From Carpediemonas membranifera BICM (taxonomy: Eukaryota; Protista; Fornicata), in the NCBI GenBank assembly GCA_019828565.1, contig JAHDYR010000040.1, positions 1-64,000 of the forward strand: 64,000 bases of DNA, read 5' to 3'. This document shows, in pieces, positions 22,737 to 33,151 of this stretch (its first letter is position 1; every line of letters starts with the position of its first letter). The notes under the pieces were generated by a model. It saw only the letters and a list, made by a program, of their open reading frames with translations. It made no database searches and had not been told where the DNA came from. The translations under genes and the position numbers were made by a program.

Positions 22737-23951
22737 CTAATTCTTCCACGGATACTTCGACAGACATGAGGCATACTCCTCATTCGACCCTACAACCATG
22801 GCACAGCCATACGCAGCCCGCCCACTGGCCGCGTTCTCCGTCATCGACCGGCCGAAGTAGTCTGCCCAATACTCCCCATCGTCGAAGATCGCCTGCTGTA
22901 TGGCTTTGATCGTCTTAGCAGTGGCCTTGCCGCCATCCATGTACTTGGCGTAAAGCTCGCTCATCTTATACTCAATGCTGTACTCGACCTTGCCGGCATA
23001 GTTGGCATGCATCAAATCAGAGTAGTATTGAGTCAAATCCACCAGATTTCCCTCGTGGTCCCACTCAATCGTCCGGAACGACGGGTTGTTCCCGAAGGTG
23101 GGGGTGATCGAGGGCGAGATGAACATGGGGATGGACCCGAAGACGCGGTGGAGGTCTGCATGCTCGTGGAAGAAATACATACCTGTAAAGCTCTCCTCGT
23201 GCTTCGTGACTATCTCGCTGAACCGCTTGAAGTCTGCCGCCATCCATGGGTCGACCTGGTCGAATCCGTTGACCCCGGGCGGGATGTGGCCGACGAGCAC
23301 GATAGACGCGCCGGCAGCGGAGCTCTTGGCGACCTCAGACTCGAGCCAGGCGAACTGCTTGGCGGTCATGTCACCCTGGTTGTACTGGGAGATGACGACG
23401 AGCGTGTTGATGACGATAATGTGCAGAGATGAAGAAACTTCGCGCTTGTAGTAGCCGCCGACCTTGAAAGTGCCCTGCTCTGATGGCATGAGCCACTTGC
23501 TCCATGCGGATGCCAGATCCGACAGGATGGAGGGCGTTATGTGGTAGTCGGGGAACCCGTCGTCGTTTCCAATGACGGGGATGCCATAGGCATGGGGGTA
23601 GCGCTTCGTGATCTCATTAGTCACATCCGTGATTGACTGAAGCGTCTGTTCCCATGAAACGGCAGTGTGGCCGGCAAGGTCGCCGCCGATGAGGAGCATG
23701 AACGGGCTAGGGACCTCGTCGACAATGTCATCCAACGAGGCAGTGATAAGAGACATCGGAGCGTCGCAGTTGTACCTACCGAATGACGCTACCGCTGCAG
23801 ATGGGACCTCTTTCTCACAGTAGGAGGAGGAAGAGGACTTTTCCTTATAATAAGGGCTATAATGGACATCGTTGATCACTAGCAGCTCATACGCGGATAT
23901 AAAGCCAATTAGAGCAATGATAGCTGCTAATCTATGGCCGGAAACACCCAT
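22737..23951 (-). CDS. Acid sphingomyelinase-like metallophosphoesterase (SMPDL3 family), secreted
   Basis: Signal peptide; DVHY, GRYNCD, GGD, GNDD, GHIPPG, HEH, PSITP..GNNPSFR. Confidence 0.9.
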   Translation of the reverse strand: MGVSGHRLAAIIALIGFISAYELLVINDVHYSPYYKEKSSSSSYCEKEVPSAAVASFGRYNCDAPMSLITASLDDIVDEVPSPFMLLIGGDLAGHTAVSWEQTLQSITDVTNEITKRYPHAYGIPVIGNDDGFPDYHITPSILSDLASAWSKWLMPSEQGTFKVGGYYKREVSSSLHIIVINTLVVISQYNQGDMTAKQFAWLESEVAKSSAAGASIVLVGHIPPGVNGFDQVDPWMAADFKRFSEIVTKHEESFTGMYFFHEHADLHRVFGSIPMFISPSITPTFGNNPSFRTIEWDHEGNLVDLTQYYSDLMHANYAGKVEYSIEYKMSELYAKYMDGGKATAKTIKAIQQAIFDDGEYWADYFGRSMTENAASGRAAYGCAMVVGSNEEYASCLSKYPWKN

Positions 23952-24251
23952 GTCCGTTGAAGACAGGCTCTAGCAAAACCTTATCCTGCGATTTGAGCAA
24001 AACTTAGACTCAACAATTCTAATCCTGCGCGGCACAGCCTCGAGAACGACTTGAAAACTACCCATCCTTCATGTTCATCGACATCCTATCGTTCATGAAT
24101 ATGGTAGACAAGGAGGTGCGCGATGATGCCCGCGGATACCTTATCAGGCAGCTGGCTAGCCGTGCGTTACCTAATATACTTTACCATAAGATTACCTTCC
24201 TGTCTGCTTGGAGAACGATAAATATAACAATAACAATAGCATGCCCGGCGC

Positions 24252-26492
24252 CTATGATAGCCGTGGGAAGAACATCGTCTCCTCGAACTCGTGGTCCTCC
24301 ACTGGCGAGGGTGGGGCCAATGAAATGAGTGGGCCCAGCTGTCGTGGATTTGACTCAAATTCACTCGAGTCAGCATCGGAGAACTCGGGGCCGGGGGCGT
24401 AGAATTGGTCCTCGTCGTTCTCGATCTCCAATAAATCGACACCGGATTCGCCCGAGTCACTCAAGTCGCTGACGGGCTCGGCGTCGGACTGGCCGCCGTC
24501 CAAGAGGGAGACTAGCCCGGCAGCCTCGGATGCCCTCGCCCTCTGGCTGACTGGGGCGAGGCGGCGGTAGGCCAGCCTTGCTTGGGCGGGCGGGCGCGGT
24601 GTCGGGTTGACAGCGACACGATGGGACCGCATCACCGGCGCCTTGGTGCCAACCGCGGCAGTCACCCCGTTGGCGGTCTCCCGGCGGTACCATCCGACCT
24701 TATGTGGCCGTGCCGGCCTGACCGCGCACCCGGCATAAAAGTTGACCGACTGGCAGAGGGGGAAGGGGCCCAGGTGGAATACGGAGACGACGACAGGCAG
24801 GTGTGGGTGCATCACATAAGACACAGAGACGTCCTTGAACCGGGAGACCAGCGTGTTGCGGGTGGCCTCTGCCATCGTCCGGGGCAGGTCGGCCGGGCTG
24901 GGAGCCCCCGTTGGGTGAAGCCAGAAGCCAGGCAGAGAGTCCATCGCCGCGGGCGGGCGGGGACGGCCGCCGTACTTGGTCCTGTCCGGTAGGCGGAGGA
25001 GAGTATCGCTATCGTCGCTAGGGACAGGGAGTACGTTGATTGCGGACTGGGGAACAGGGTAGGGGCGCATGACACCGCCCCACTGGCCGTCGTCGAAGGC
25101 GTACAGGTGCGGGTCGACCCACGGTCCCGTCTGTACGGTCTGCGGGCTCGCGGGGAACATGTCCACCAGCCGACCCAGCCGTACAGGGTCGACCTGCTCC
25201 CCAGTGGTGCACTGCTGGAATATGCGGTGGCGCTCAGGCTTAAGCGGCAGTGTGTGGGCGATCGGGTGGGAGCAAGTCATCGGGGCTTTGCCCTTGGTGT
25301 ACGCAGTGAACGAGTTTGAGTGGTTATGGACCGCTAGTGATGCCAATAGTGTCTCGTGTAGTACGTATACAAACGCCCCTGCCGAGGGGTGGTTGACGTT
25401 GGTCAGGCGGGTGATTGTGTCAGTGTTAAAGTCATAAACCATAAACATGCTGCCATTCCTGTCTTTCCGCAGGGCTACACGGTCCAGCAGATCTTTGATG
25501 GCTGTCACCCGTATCAAAATGTGGCGGTAAGAGATTTGCTGAATCTTGGCCATGACGAGGCGACGGAATCTCGGGCTGTTCTTGTGGAATACAGTAAAGA
25601 GCTCGTCCATACCCCTGACATGCGGCATCTCATCGCCCCCCACAGCAGAGTTGAGCCGAGCAAGACGTCGTTCGCGTTGTACGGCCTTCTCGTGCTCCGA
25701 CACCAGCTGCCGGTACAAATATGCCATCGTGCGGTGCAGCAGGCCGCTGAATACGTCCCTCCTGCTCGGTGCGCGGTAGGGCAGGGCCGGGTGGGCTGGC
25801 GGCGGGGTGGTCTCTGTCAGTGGAATGACCTTGACTGGCTTAAACGAGCACGACTCCCCCTCCGTCTCGAGCTGGAGAATGTGGATGGTCTGGTGGCGCA
25901 GGGACAGGACGGAGAAGAAGTTGTGGTACAGAGAGACGCCTGAGTTAAATGACAGCTGCACGTAGTCATCAGTGAGTTTGAATTTGTCCACCTCGACGCC
26001 GTCTGCCAGCCGGATCACCCTGAAGCAGATGGTTTTGAAGCATGGGAGGCACTCTAGGTCGCTGTCAGCGGAGCATACAATCTGCCTTGCCGACCGGGAA
26101 GTGGATGCAATGATGAAGAAGCGCTGATCTGGAGAGAAGAGAAGGAAGTCTTTCCTGAGCAGACATCCCTCTCCGACAAAGCACTTGGTGTACTGAAGTC
26201 GAAACATGTCGCTAAAGGCCAGGTCCTCGCGGCTGACGGAGTCCGGGCGTCCGAGGCCGTGGAAAGAATAGACGACGATGTCTTCTCGGGTCAGAGAGTA
26301 GGCAATGACGTACTGGCCGCAGGGACTGAAGGATTTGAACATCACATTGTTCGTTGGAACGTGTATGATGGAACTAGACGGCGGAAAGTGAACGCAAAGC
26401 TTACGCTGGATGGTAGAACAGTTTGGGAGCCCACGTTGTGGCGGTCTATGATCTGCAAGCGCAAATGTGCGCCATAAGTTTGTATTTCGCAT
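24252..26492 (-). CDS. DET1: DET1 (de-etiolated 1) homolog
   Basis: KSFSPCGQYVIAYS; DYVQLSFNSGVSLYHNFFSVLSLRHQTIHIL; HPHLPVVVS. Confidence 0.82.
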   Translation of the reverse strand: MRNTNLWRTFALADHRPPQRGLPNCSTIQRKLCVHFPPSSSIIHVPTNNVMFKSFSPCGQYVIAYSLTREDIVVYSFHGLGRPDSVSREDLAFSDMFRLQYTKCFVGEGCLLRKDFLLFSPDQRFFIIASTSRSARQIVCSADSDLECLPCFKTICFRVIRLADGVEVDKFKLTDDYVQLSFNSGVSLYHNFFSVLSLRHQTIHILQLETEGESCSFKPVKVIPLTETTPPPAHPALPYRAPSRRDVFSGLLHRTMAYLYRQLVSEHEKAVQRERRLARLNSAVGGDEMPHVRGMDELFTVFHKNSPRFRRLVMAKIQQISYRHILIRVTAIKDLLDRVALRKDRNGSMFMVYDFNTDTITRLTNVNHPSAGAFVYVLHETLLASLAVHNHSNSFTAYTKGKAPMTCSHPIAHTLPLKPERHRIFQQCTTGEQVDPVRLGRLVDMFPASPQTVQTGPWVDPHLYAFDDGQWGGVMRPYPVPQSAINVLPVPSDDSDTLLRLPDRTKYGGRPRPPAAMDSLPGFWLHPTGAPSPADLPRTMAEATRNTLVSRFKDVSVSYVMHPHLPVVVSVFHLGPFPLCQSVNFYAGCAVRPARPHKVGWYRRETANGVTAAVGTKAPVMRSHRVAVNPTPRPPAQARLAYRRLAPVSQRARASEAAGLVSLLDGGQSDAEPVSDLSDSGESGVDLLEIENDEDQFYAPGPEFSDADSSEFESNPRQLGPLISLAPPSPVEDHEFEETMFFPRLS

Positions 26493-26679
26493 TCTCAGAG
26501 TAATCTAACGTGATTGATGAGTACTCTTGCGATTATGCGAGGACCGCGCACTAACCTGCGCGTAGACTGGTCCTACTCAACCACCGATAAATAACTCCCC
26601 CAAACGAGGCTGTGACGAGGGACACACACGTGAGAACCTACTCGCCGACATTCGCACCTTTGTTGGAGGCGCTTGGGTG

Positions 26680-27460
26680 ACCAGGACCATGAGCTGACCA
26701 GTCGGGTCAGACAAGCGCAGCTTGAGGCCGCAAAGTGCCATAAAGACTTAGATCCGACAGTGGTCGAGTTCCATGCCCCGAGACAGCTGTTCAACCCGGA
26801 GACGGAGAAGGAGGTTGAGCGACAGGTGTCAGATATGCTCAACCAGGGGGTGATTCGACCGTCTGCCATGGAATAATCATCGGCAGATGATATCCCAGAG
26901 CAGGGATGACGACATCCAACGGGTGGTGTCTGCAACAAAAAGGGCGGCGCACTGAGACTGTGGGTCGACTTCTAGGGGCTGAACGAAATGACAGAGTACA
27001 AGCTGCCCGACATCACCCAGATCCTACTGGTGCTGGCAGGCATGTGGTGTCGTGTACATCGACGACATCGTGGTGTTTGGTGAGACGGGGGAAGCATACC
27101 GGAGTAACTTGGCGGAGGTAGTCATGTGGTTGGCGCAGCATTCGGTCGGCCTCAATGAGTAGATATACGAGAGAGGTCGACCACGGAGGCGTTCGCGATT
27201 AGAAGCACTGAGAACGATGAGGAAGTTGGCCAGACGGAAGGTGACTGTCTTCACAGACCATAAACCGGCGAGGGTAAGAGCGCTGTCCACAAGGCAGCCA
27301 AGATTCGCGTTGGCCTCGAGCCCAAGCGGGTCGGCAACATCCAGACCAAGAACGGTCAGAGTAGGATGGTAAGAGCGAGATGCTCTATTCTGCAACCGCC
27401 CGGGTCACAAGGATGACTCCTGCTGGGTTAAAAATCCTGCTATCAAGCCGAAGTAAAAGT
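26680..27460 (+). mobile_element. Heavily deleted gypsy remnant mosaic plus a CCHC knuckle
   Basis: Discontinuous motifs EVERQVSDMLNQGVIRPS / LRLWVDF / VYIDDIVVFG / VTVFTDHKP / FCNRPGHKDDSC. Confidence 0.8.
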
Positions 27461-27545
27461 CTGAATTCTCGGAAGGAACTGTCAGTGTCATGATGGCCAT
27501 CAGTCTGCCGCCTCATATGAATAAGGGCAACGCTTTATGTACAAC

Positions 27546-28730
27546 TCAGAGTGCCTCGATCTCGATACCCTCGAACTTGTGCGGCAGCGGCTCGATCGCG
27601 TTCTCCGGCATGATGACGCTGATGACCTTCTTCGCCCGGTCGATGTGAAGGATGCTGATGTAGCTCATGAGACGGCCCCGGCCCTCGTCGTCGGTGTCCT
27701 CCTCCGTTCTCAGTGCGATAATATTGTTGGGGCGACCCGGTATGAACTTGAAAGAACTGAACCCTCTCTTGGGGATGAGCATCGATTCAATCCGGAGCTC
27801 CTCGACCTTCTTGAACTTCTCGTCCGCGATCAGGATCAAATCAGTCCCATTGGACCGGTCCTCCTCCTCCGTGTACGGCTTCTGACTCTCCCGGCGGGGA
27901 ACGAAGAACCATGCCTTGTGGTAGTCGGACCACCCCACCGCCTCGTGCAGCAGGTATCCGGGGTACTCGGTGTGCGTCTTCGCACGGAGCTTGTCATAGA
28001 CAGTGGTCCAATCAATTGATGTGATGTGATCGGTGGACTTGTCGAGCTTCTTGATCCACATCGGCTTGCTGTGAATGAATGCGCCGGTCTTAGGGTCAGC
28101 GAACTCCTTGCCGAACGAGCCGAAGAGAGCGTCGCCGTGATAAATGGTCGCCCACTCACACTTGAAGCCCTTGTTCGTCGTTTGGCCGTCGCCCTCGAGC
28201 AGGATGTAGCGGGACAGCGCTTGGGGCGCCCCGTCGACCTCCTTGACCTCGTACACGAGCCCGGTGCGGTCGTCGCATGCTAGGAGCCTTCCCCTGTAGA
28301 ACAGCAGCTCCGACAGCTCCATCGCCCGGTCTGCTTCGTTCGTCCTCGTGTTGAACGACGCCTGGCGGTCCCAGTGGAAGTCATAGTTGTCGTCTGCGGT
28401 GAGGGAGAGTGTCCCTGTCCAGAAGTTCGATTCCCAGTAGGGCTTGGCACCGTCCACCTTGCTCGCCTGATCGTCGTCGCTGATGATGTGGATACGGAAC
28501 TTTGTCGGCACGTCACCAGATGCATTGCTCTGTGGATCAAGTACAAGCACGAGCATGGCGATCAAGAAGCAGATGGCCGCAATTAGCCCAACCAATGCCA
28601 CACGGACGCGCCAGCTCCGTATCAGGAGGAGTATGGAGCTCGCATTCGCTTTTGGTGGCAATACTCCACCAATGAGCGCCCCAGACTCGATATCACGCTC
28701 ACGGTCGCTGGGGTCCATATGTTTGCTCAA
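27546..28730 (-). CDS. Calcium-activated nucleotidase/apyrase (CANT1 family), type II membrane
   Basis: RAMELSEL, CDDRTGLVY, GFKCEWAT, PGYLLHEA, FVPRRES, RGFSSFKFIPG, KFEGIE. Confidence 0.95.
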   Translation of the reverse strand: MSKHMDPSDRERDIESGALIGGVLPPKANASSILLLIRSWRVRVALVGLIAAICFLIAMLVLVLDPQSNASGDVPTKFRIHIISDDDQASKVDGAKPYWESNFWTGTLSLTADDNYDFHWDRQASFNTRTNEADRAMELSELLFYRGRLLACDDRTGLVYEVKEVDGAPQALSRYILLEGDGQTTNKGFKCEWATIYHGDALFGSFGKEFADPKTGAFIHSKPMWIKKLDKSTDHITSIDWTTVYDKLRAKTHTEYPGYLLHEAVGWSDYHKAWFFVPRRESQKPYTEEEDRSNGTDLILIADEKFKKVEELRIESMLIPKRGFSSFKFIPGRPNNIIALRTEEDTDDEGRGRLMSYISILHIDRAKKVISVIMPENAIEPLPHKFEGIEIEAL

Positions 28731-28865
28731 TGCGCAGAACTGGCAAAACAGGATGATGTGTTGAGCAGCGATACAGTGCCAGCCCGCGTTACAGTCCTAA
28801 TAGCCAGTGCGAGCCTCATCATTTACATCGCCCTGTGTCTGTGTCGAGTCGACCACCATACCACG

Positions 28866-30395
28866 CTATGATATATCCTGCACCGTGTATTCCTCGTCGC
28901 TGTCGTCCGGCTCGCTCTCGTCAATCAGGGTTGCCGTGCTGTTGTCCGGGAGGGGCTGGGTGGACGTCTCCTCGACAACGTGGTCCGTCTCGCTGGGGCT
29001 GCTCACAGCTTGCCCCGCCATCTCGACGTCCTCGTCCTCCTCGACCGCCTGCGACTTCCCCTCCACTGCCCCCTCCTTGCCCGGGTCCGGCTTGGCCTCG
29101 GCCACGGCCCACTGATCCCGCTCCTCGTACTCCTCGTCGTGGTGCTCCCCCCGCGACTCATCCCACTCCCACATGCGGAGCGTCGTCTTGTGGCATGATG
29201 AACAGACACCGATCCAAGCTGTGACCATCGCCCCGTCCTTGCCCGACCCCCGGGTCAGGTCTGCGTTCATCCCGTACAGCTGGCAGATGGTGTGCATGTG
29301 ACGTCCGGGGCAGTAGCGTTGGAGGCACTTGATATCGCGTGGGGCGCCCAGGATGCGGTCAAACGGTCCGATCTGGAGTGAGGATTCTGTCTGCCCGGCA
29401 ATCATAGGAAGCCGCACGTTATGCTGCGTCCCGTCGTCCAGGAACGGCTCAAGGTGCACGATAACGCGTGGCGGCATGGCGGTGGCTGCAGCCCGCTCGT
29501 CGTCTCCGGTAGGCCTAAGCTGCACCATGCCCTTCTCTTCCCGGTTCCTGCGGAAGAGGGTCGGGAGCCACGTCGACAGCATGCCGTTCTTCAGCTCACT
29601 GGGGGCATCATCGCCCAGGCCGGGCAGGATCACCTTCTGGTCCCGGAAGTGCTGCCACGCCCTGCTGCACACCAGCATGGCGAACACCCGCTCGCTGCGA
29701 CGCGAGCCCACGTCCGTCATGTCATATGGGGGCTCTTCGATAAACTCCCGGGGTGGGGCTCCGTTGTTCGTCGTCGGGGTCAAGCTGGCCAGCTTGGGCG
29801 GGGAGGATAACATGTGCACGTCCCCGTCCGACTCATCGGACTCCAATGGGCTCTCTGCGGTCGGCTCCCAGTCGGCGAGGATGTCGTCCGGGTTGCTGGC
29901 CTTCGTAGTGCTCTTCACGTCCTTGCTCTTGTCAGTGCCCACGTCTTCTTGTTCGTTCTTATCCACAAAGTCGTCTTCGAAGTCAATCAACTCCACCTGC
30001 TGCACAATGGCGCTCTTTGTCTCATAGCTGGCGATCGAATCGGGAACCTGGAATATGGTTTCAACGAGCTCGTCGAGATTCAACCGGATCAGCGGCGTCA
30101 AGTATCCACCGCGGCCTTTGCCCCTGCACGAGCAGACAATGGGCGCGGAGCCGGTTGGGACACCGTCCAGGTCGGAGTCCCACCCACCGTATACGGACTG
30201 GTTGTACTGGATGCGTTCAGAAGTAGTAACAGTCACCGGATGAAAGGCTAGATACCGCTGCTTCTCATCCTTGGCGTCGGCATTTGGCCCCAAGCCGTTG
30301 TTCTCATGCGCAGGATGGCGCATGACAGCATCGGCCAGAATATGATCGAACCGAATGATATCCGTCGTGGATAGATCGGCTACGTGCTTGCTCAT
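28866..30395 (-). CDS. Hypothetical protein (~510 aa) with acidic tail
   Basis: Long ORF. MSKHVAD at 30395 taken as the start because the upstream extension overlaps BBS5. Confidence 0.7.
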   Translation of the reverse strand: MSKHVADLSTTDIIRFDHILADAVMRHPAHENNGLGPNADAKDEKQRYLAFHPVTVTTSERIQYNQSVYGGWDSDLDGVPTGSAPIVCSCRGKGRGGYLTPLIRLNLDELVETIFQVPDSIASYETKSAIVQQVELIDFEDDFVDKNEQEDVGTDKSKDVKSTTKASNPDDILADWEPTAESPLESDESDGDVHMLSSPPKLASLTPTTNNGAPPREFIEEPPYDMTDVGSRRSERVFAMLVCSRAWQHFRDQKVILPGLGDDAPSELKNGMLSTWLPTLFRRNREEKGMVQLRPTGDDERAAATAMPPRVIVHLEPFLDDGTQHNVRLPMIAGQTESSLQIGPFDRILGAPRDIKCLQRYCPGRHMHTICQLYGMNADLTRGSGKDGAMVTAWIGVCSSCHKTTLRMWEWDESRGEHHDEEYEERDQWAVAEAKPDPGKEGAVEGKSQAVEEDEDVEMAGQAVSSPSETDHVVEETSTQPLPDNSTATLIDESEPDDSDEEYTVQDIS

Positions 30396-30543
30396 CGTCG
30401 TATTTACACCTTTCGAGCTCACGTTCGATTCTTTCAAAGTTCCAGTATGTAACACGTAAATGCAGCTTCTCTGCCCCATAAATCGCCCCACGCCATACCA
30501 AACGCTCGGCCTACTCCATTTATCGAACAAACCCCCGCTCCAC

Positions 30544-31599
30544 TCACCCGCTGCCCCCCAACCCGCCCAGGGCAAATAGGTCGGCCACGTGATAGCCCGT
30601 GGGGGGCGCCTCCACCAACAGCCCCAGGCCAGGGTCGAGGATGGGTGCCCGTCCGCCCTGGGCCCGCACCATGTACCGGCTGAGCGGGTCGACTGGGTTC
30701 GCCCGCTTGGTGACGGTGACATCGCTGGCTCGGGGGGCCGGCTGGGGGGTTGCTGAAGCGACATCGACTACAGTGCGGGTGATGCCGAAGAAGGGCTTGG
30801 CGCGGAATGCCCGGATGAGGGCGATGAGCTCTTCCTTGATCTGGACCAGACGAGACTCCGGATCGATCTTGAAGCCCAGGGTAAAGCGCTTGGTAGGATC
30901 ACTGGCTGACACCGCGCTGATTACTAGTGCGCGGCCAAATTTGGAATCGTGGCTGCACATTTGAGTGATTTTGAGATATGGAATAGATACGTTGAAGTTG
31001 TCGGTGTTATTACTGAACCACACCACCCTCACTGATGTGACCACTAGTGTGCCAAGGCTGCCCTGTGACTCCTGGGAGCTGAGCGACCACACGCCGTCGT
31101 ACGACGAGTACTGCTCCTCCTGGGGCAGCAGCACGAGCCGCTTGTTCTGGACGAACCCACCCCTGAGTGTGAGGTTCCTGTAGAGCTTGGATGTGTCGTA
31201 TGCCCTCTGGACTGCCTGGACGGAGCTGAACATGCGGGGGGATGTCTGGTGGAGGTGGGTGAAGACGAACTCGTACTGAGAGGACTTCGAGGCGAATACG
31301 ATGAACAGGGCCTGGGATACGCCGCGTAGGGCGGAGCGTGCGCTGTGGATCGCGAGGTTCTTGAGGCAGCTGAAGCCCATCGAAAGATTGATCGCCGATG
31401 TGCCTGAAGAAACCCATATGAGACGAAGGTTAGTTATTGTCAGAGTTCCCTCCATTCCAGCGTTTCCCTTCGTGTCCTCGACGCGGTAAATCACATCTGC
31501 TGCGTACTCGCCAGGACAAAGTTCCAGCCTTGATTTGTCAACGTCAAAGAGTACTTCTTGATCTTGCCATATGATTTTCTCGTTTTCGTAGTCAGCCAT
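30544..31599 (-). CDS. BBS5: BBSome subunit BBS5
   Basis: VEDTKGNAG..GTLTITNLRLIW; YEFVFT; GVWSLSSQ..GSLGT; SKFGRALVI; LGFKIDP. Confidence 0.96.
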   Translation of the reverse strand: MADYENEKIIWQDQEVLFDVDKSRLELCPGEYAADVIYRVEDTKGNAGMEGTLTITNLRLIWVSSGTSAINLSMGFSCLKNLAIHSARSALRGVSQALFIVFASKSSQYEFVFTHLHQTSPRMFSSVQAVQRAYDTSKLYRNLTLRGGFVQNKRLVLLPQEEQYSSYDGVWSLSSQESQGSLGTLVVTSVRVVWFSNNTDNFNVSIPYLKITQMCSHDSKFGRALVISAVSASDPTKRFTLGFKIDPESRLVQIKEELIALIRAFRAKPFFGITRTVVDVASATPQPAPRASDVTVTKRANPVDPLSRYMVRAQGGRAPILDPGLGLLVEAPPTGYHVADLFALGGLGGSG

Positions 31600-31775
31600 C
31601 AACCAACAGCTTCAAACTGAGCTTGATGTTTTTGGCATAAACTGCGATTAAAAAATGATGTAACCACTACAAAGTGCACCCACTCACAGCCCACAACAGA
31701 GCTCGCGCGAAGCACTGGTACTCATACGACCCCGCCCGCCGTGATTCATTTATCTCCCGGTCAGGACCTCTGCGT

Positions 31776-32564
31776 TCAATCGCGGACATGGTCCAAGAGC
31801 TCGGCCAGACTCCGGAGGCCCTTGACATATCCCTCGTCAATGCCGTTGATTACCTCAATGTGCGGGAAATCGATCATCCCGATCCTGCTGACGCCACCCG
31901 CGCCAGAGTCGAAGCACAGCAGGAGGGATGTGCTGATGAAACGGTGCCCGGCACCCCGCGGCCCAGACATCACGTCCAGCAGCCCGTTGACCTGGTCACG
32001 AATAGTCGCAAGTTGTTCCTCCGACGCATCGGCAAAGAAGGTCTTGAAGAAGGAAGGAAGGTCCTCCTTCTTCAGGTCCCGGCCCACGAACTTGGATTTC
32101 TTTTCCACATAGCCGTCCGCCAAGGTCTTGAGTGTTCCGTTGACCCTGAAGCCGAGTTCCCAAGAAGTCGTCGCCTTGCACTTCTTCACTGATTTCGCCA
32201 TCTTTGACTCCGAGGCAGTCTGGCGGTGCTGGATGACGCCCATCTTGAGCTCTATAGCGTTGGGACGTTCCATTCCGCGGAAGAGATTCGACATGCAGAT
32301 GAAGGGCTTCGCGGTGGAACCCGCCGGTGGTTCGCCACTGATAAACTTGCCATCGGCTTTTTTGTGATATACACCATAGTATTCAGGGCAATATTCCACG
32401 AGTGAGCTATCGGGTAGTATTTTCTCGAAGAAAGTCCTTTCACTGTCGATAGCGAGCATTTTCAAAATAAATAACCGCGAATCATCGCGCGCAACCAGCT
32501 TATGGCCAGCTATTGCTATGTCATCGTGGTTTTTACTCGATACTGAGATCTCCGAAGGCGGCAT
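31776..32564 (-). CDS. Inositol polyphosphate kinase (IPK family)
   Basis: PEYYGV, PNAIELKMG, TTSWELGFRVNG, STSLLL, MIDFPH, DEGYVKGL. Confidence 0.9.
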   Translation of the reverse strand: MPPSEISVSSKNHDDIAIAGHKLVARDDSRLFILKMLAIDSERTFFEKILPDSSLVEYCPEYYGVYHKKADGKFISGEPPAGSTAKPFICMSNLFRGMERPNAIELKMGVIQHRQTASESKMAKSVKKCKATTSWELGFRVNGTLKTLADGYVEKKSKFVGRDLKKEDLPSFFKTFFADASEEQLATIRDQVNGLLDVMSGPRGAGHRFISTSLLLCFDSGAGGVSRIGMIDFPHIEVINGIDEGYVKGLRSLAELLDHVRD

Positions 32565-32836
32565 TCTTGGAACTGCGACAAACCTGCGGGAAATCTGCAG
32601 CCTGATCCGATTCAATCCTGCTTCTCGGAAGTCAAGAGACTTCGCAAACAATGACGTCTGTAGCCAACCGCGTCCATTTCTGGGTCAACGCCATTTCACT
32701 CCAAATGAAGGGGGGCCGACCAGACACTCCAGTGTGGTGGGGCTCGGATAATAGAGTTGCACTAGTGGTAGACAAACCTTTCGAGTACAGGTTGGAGTGA
32801 TGTCGCCGATGTTTTGTGTCAATGTCTCGATGTCGG

Positions 32837-33059
32837 GTCTGCCGCCTCCTATGAATAAGGGCAACGCTTTATGTACAACTCAGAGTGCCTCGATCTCGAT
32901 ACCCTCGAACTTGTAAGGAAGTCCTTGTTCGTCGTTTGGCCGTCGCCCTCGAGCAGGATGTAGCGGGACAGCGCTTGGGGCGCCCCGTCGACCTCCTTGA
33001 CCTCGTACACGAGCCCGGTGCGGTCGTCGCATGCTAGGAGCCTTCCCCTGTAGAACAGC
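32837..33059 (-). pseudogene. Internally deleted partial duplicate of the apyrase gene
   Basis: 32837-32914 matches 27503-27580 and 32918-33059 matches 28164-28305, both near-identical. Confidence 0.9.
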
Positions 33060-33151
33060 GGCGCCATGGCCCATGGTCTATCTCGTTCGTTCTCGTCGGC
33101 CTGTCCCTGTAAGGTAACGTCATCATAAAAAAAGTCCTTAAAACTACACAT

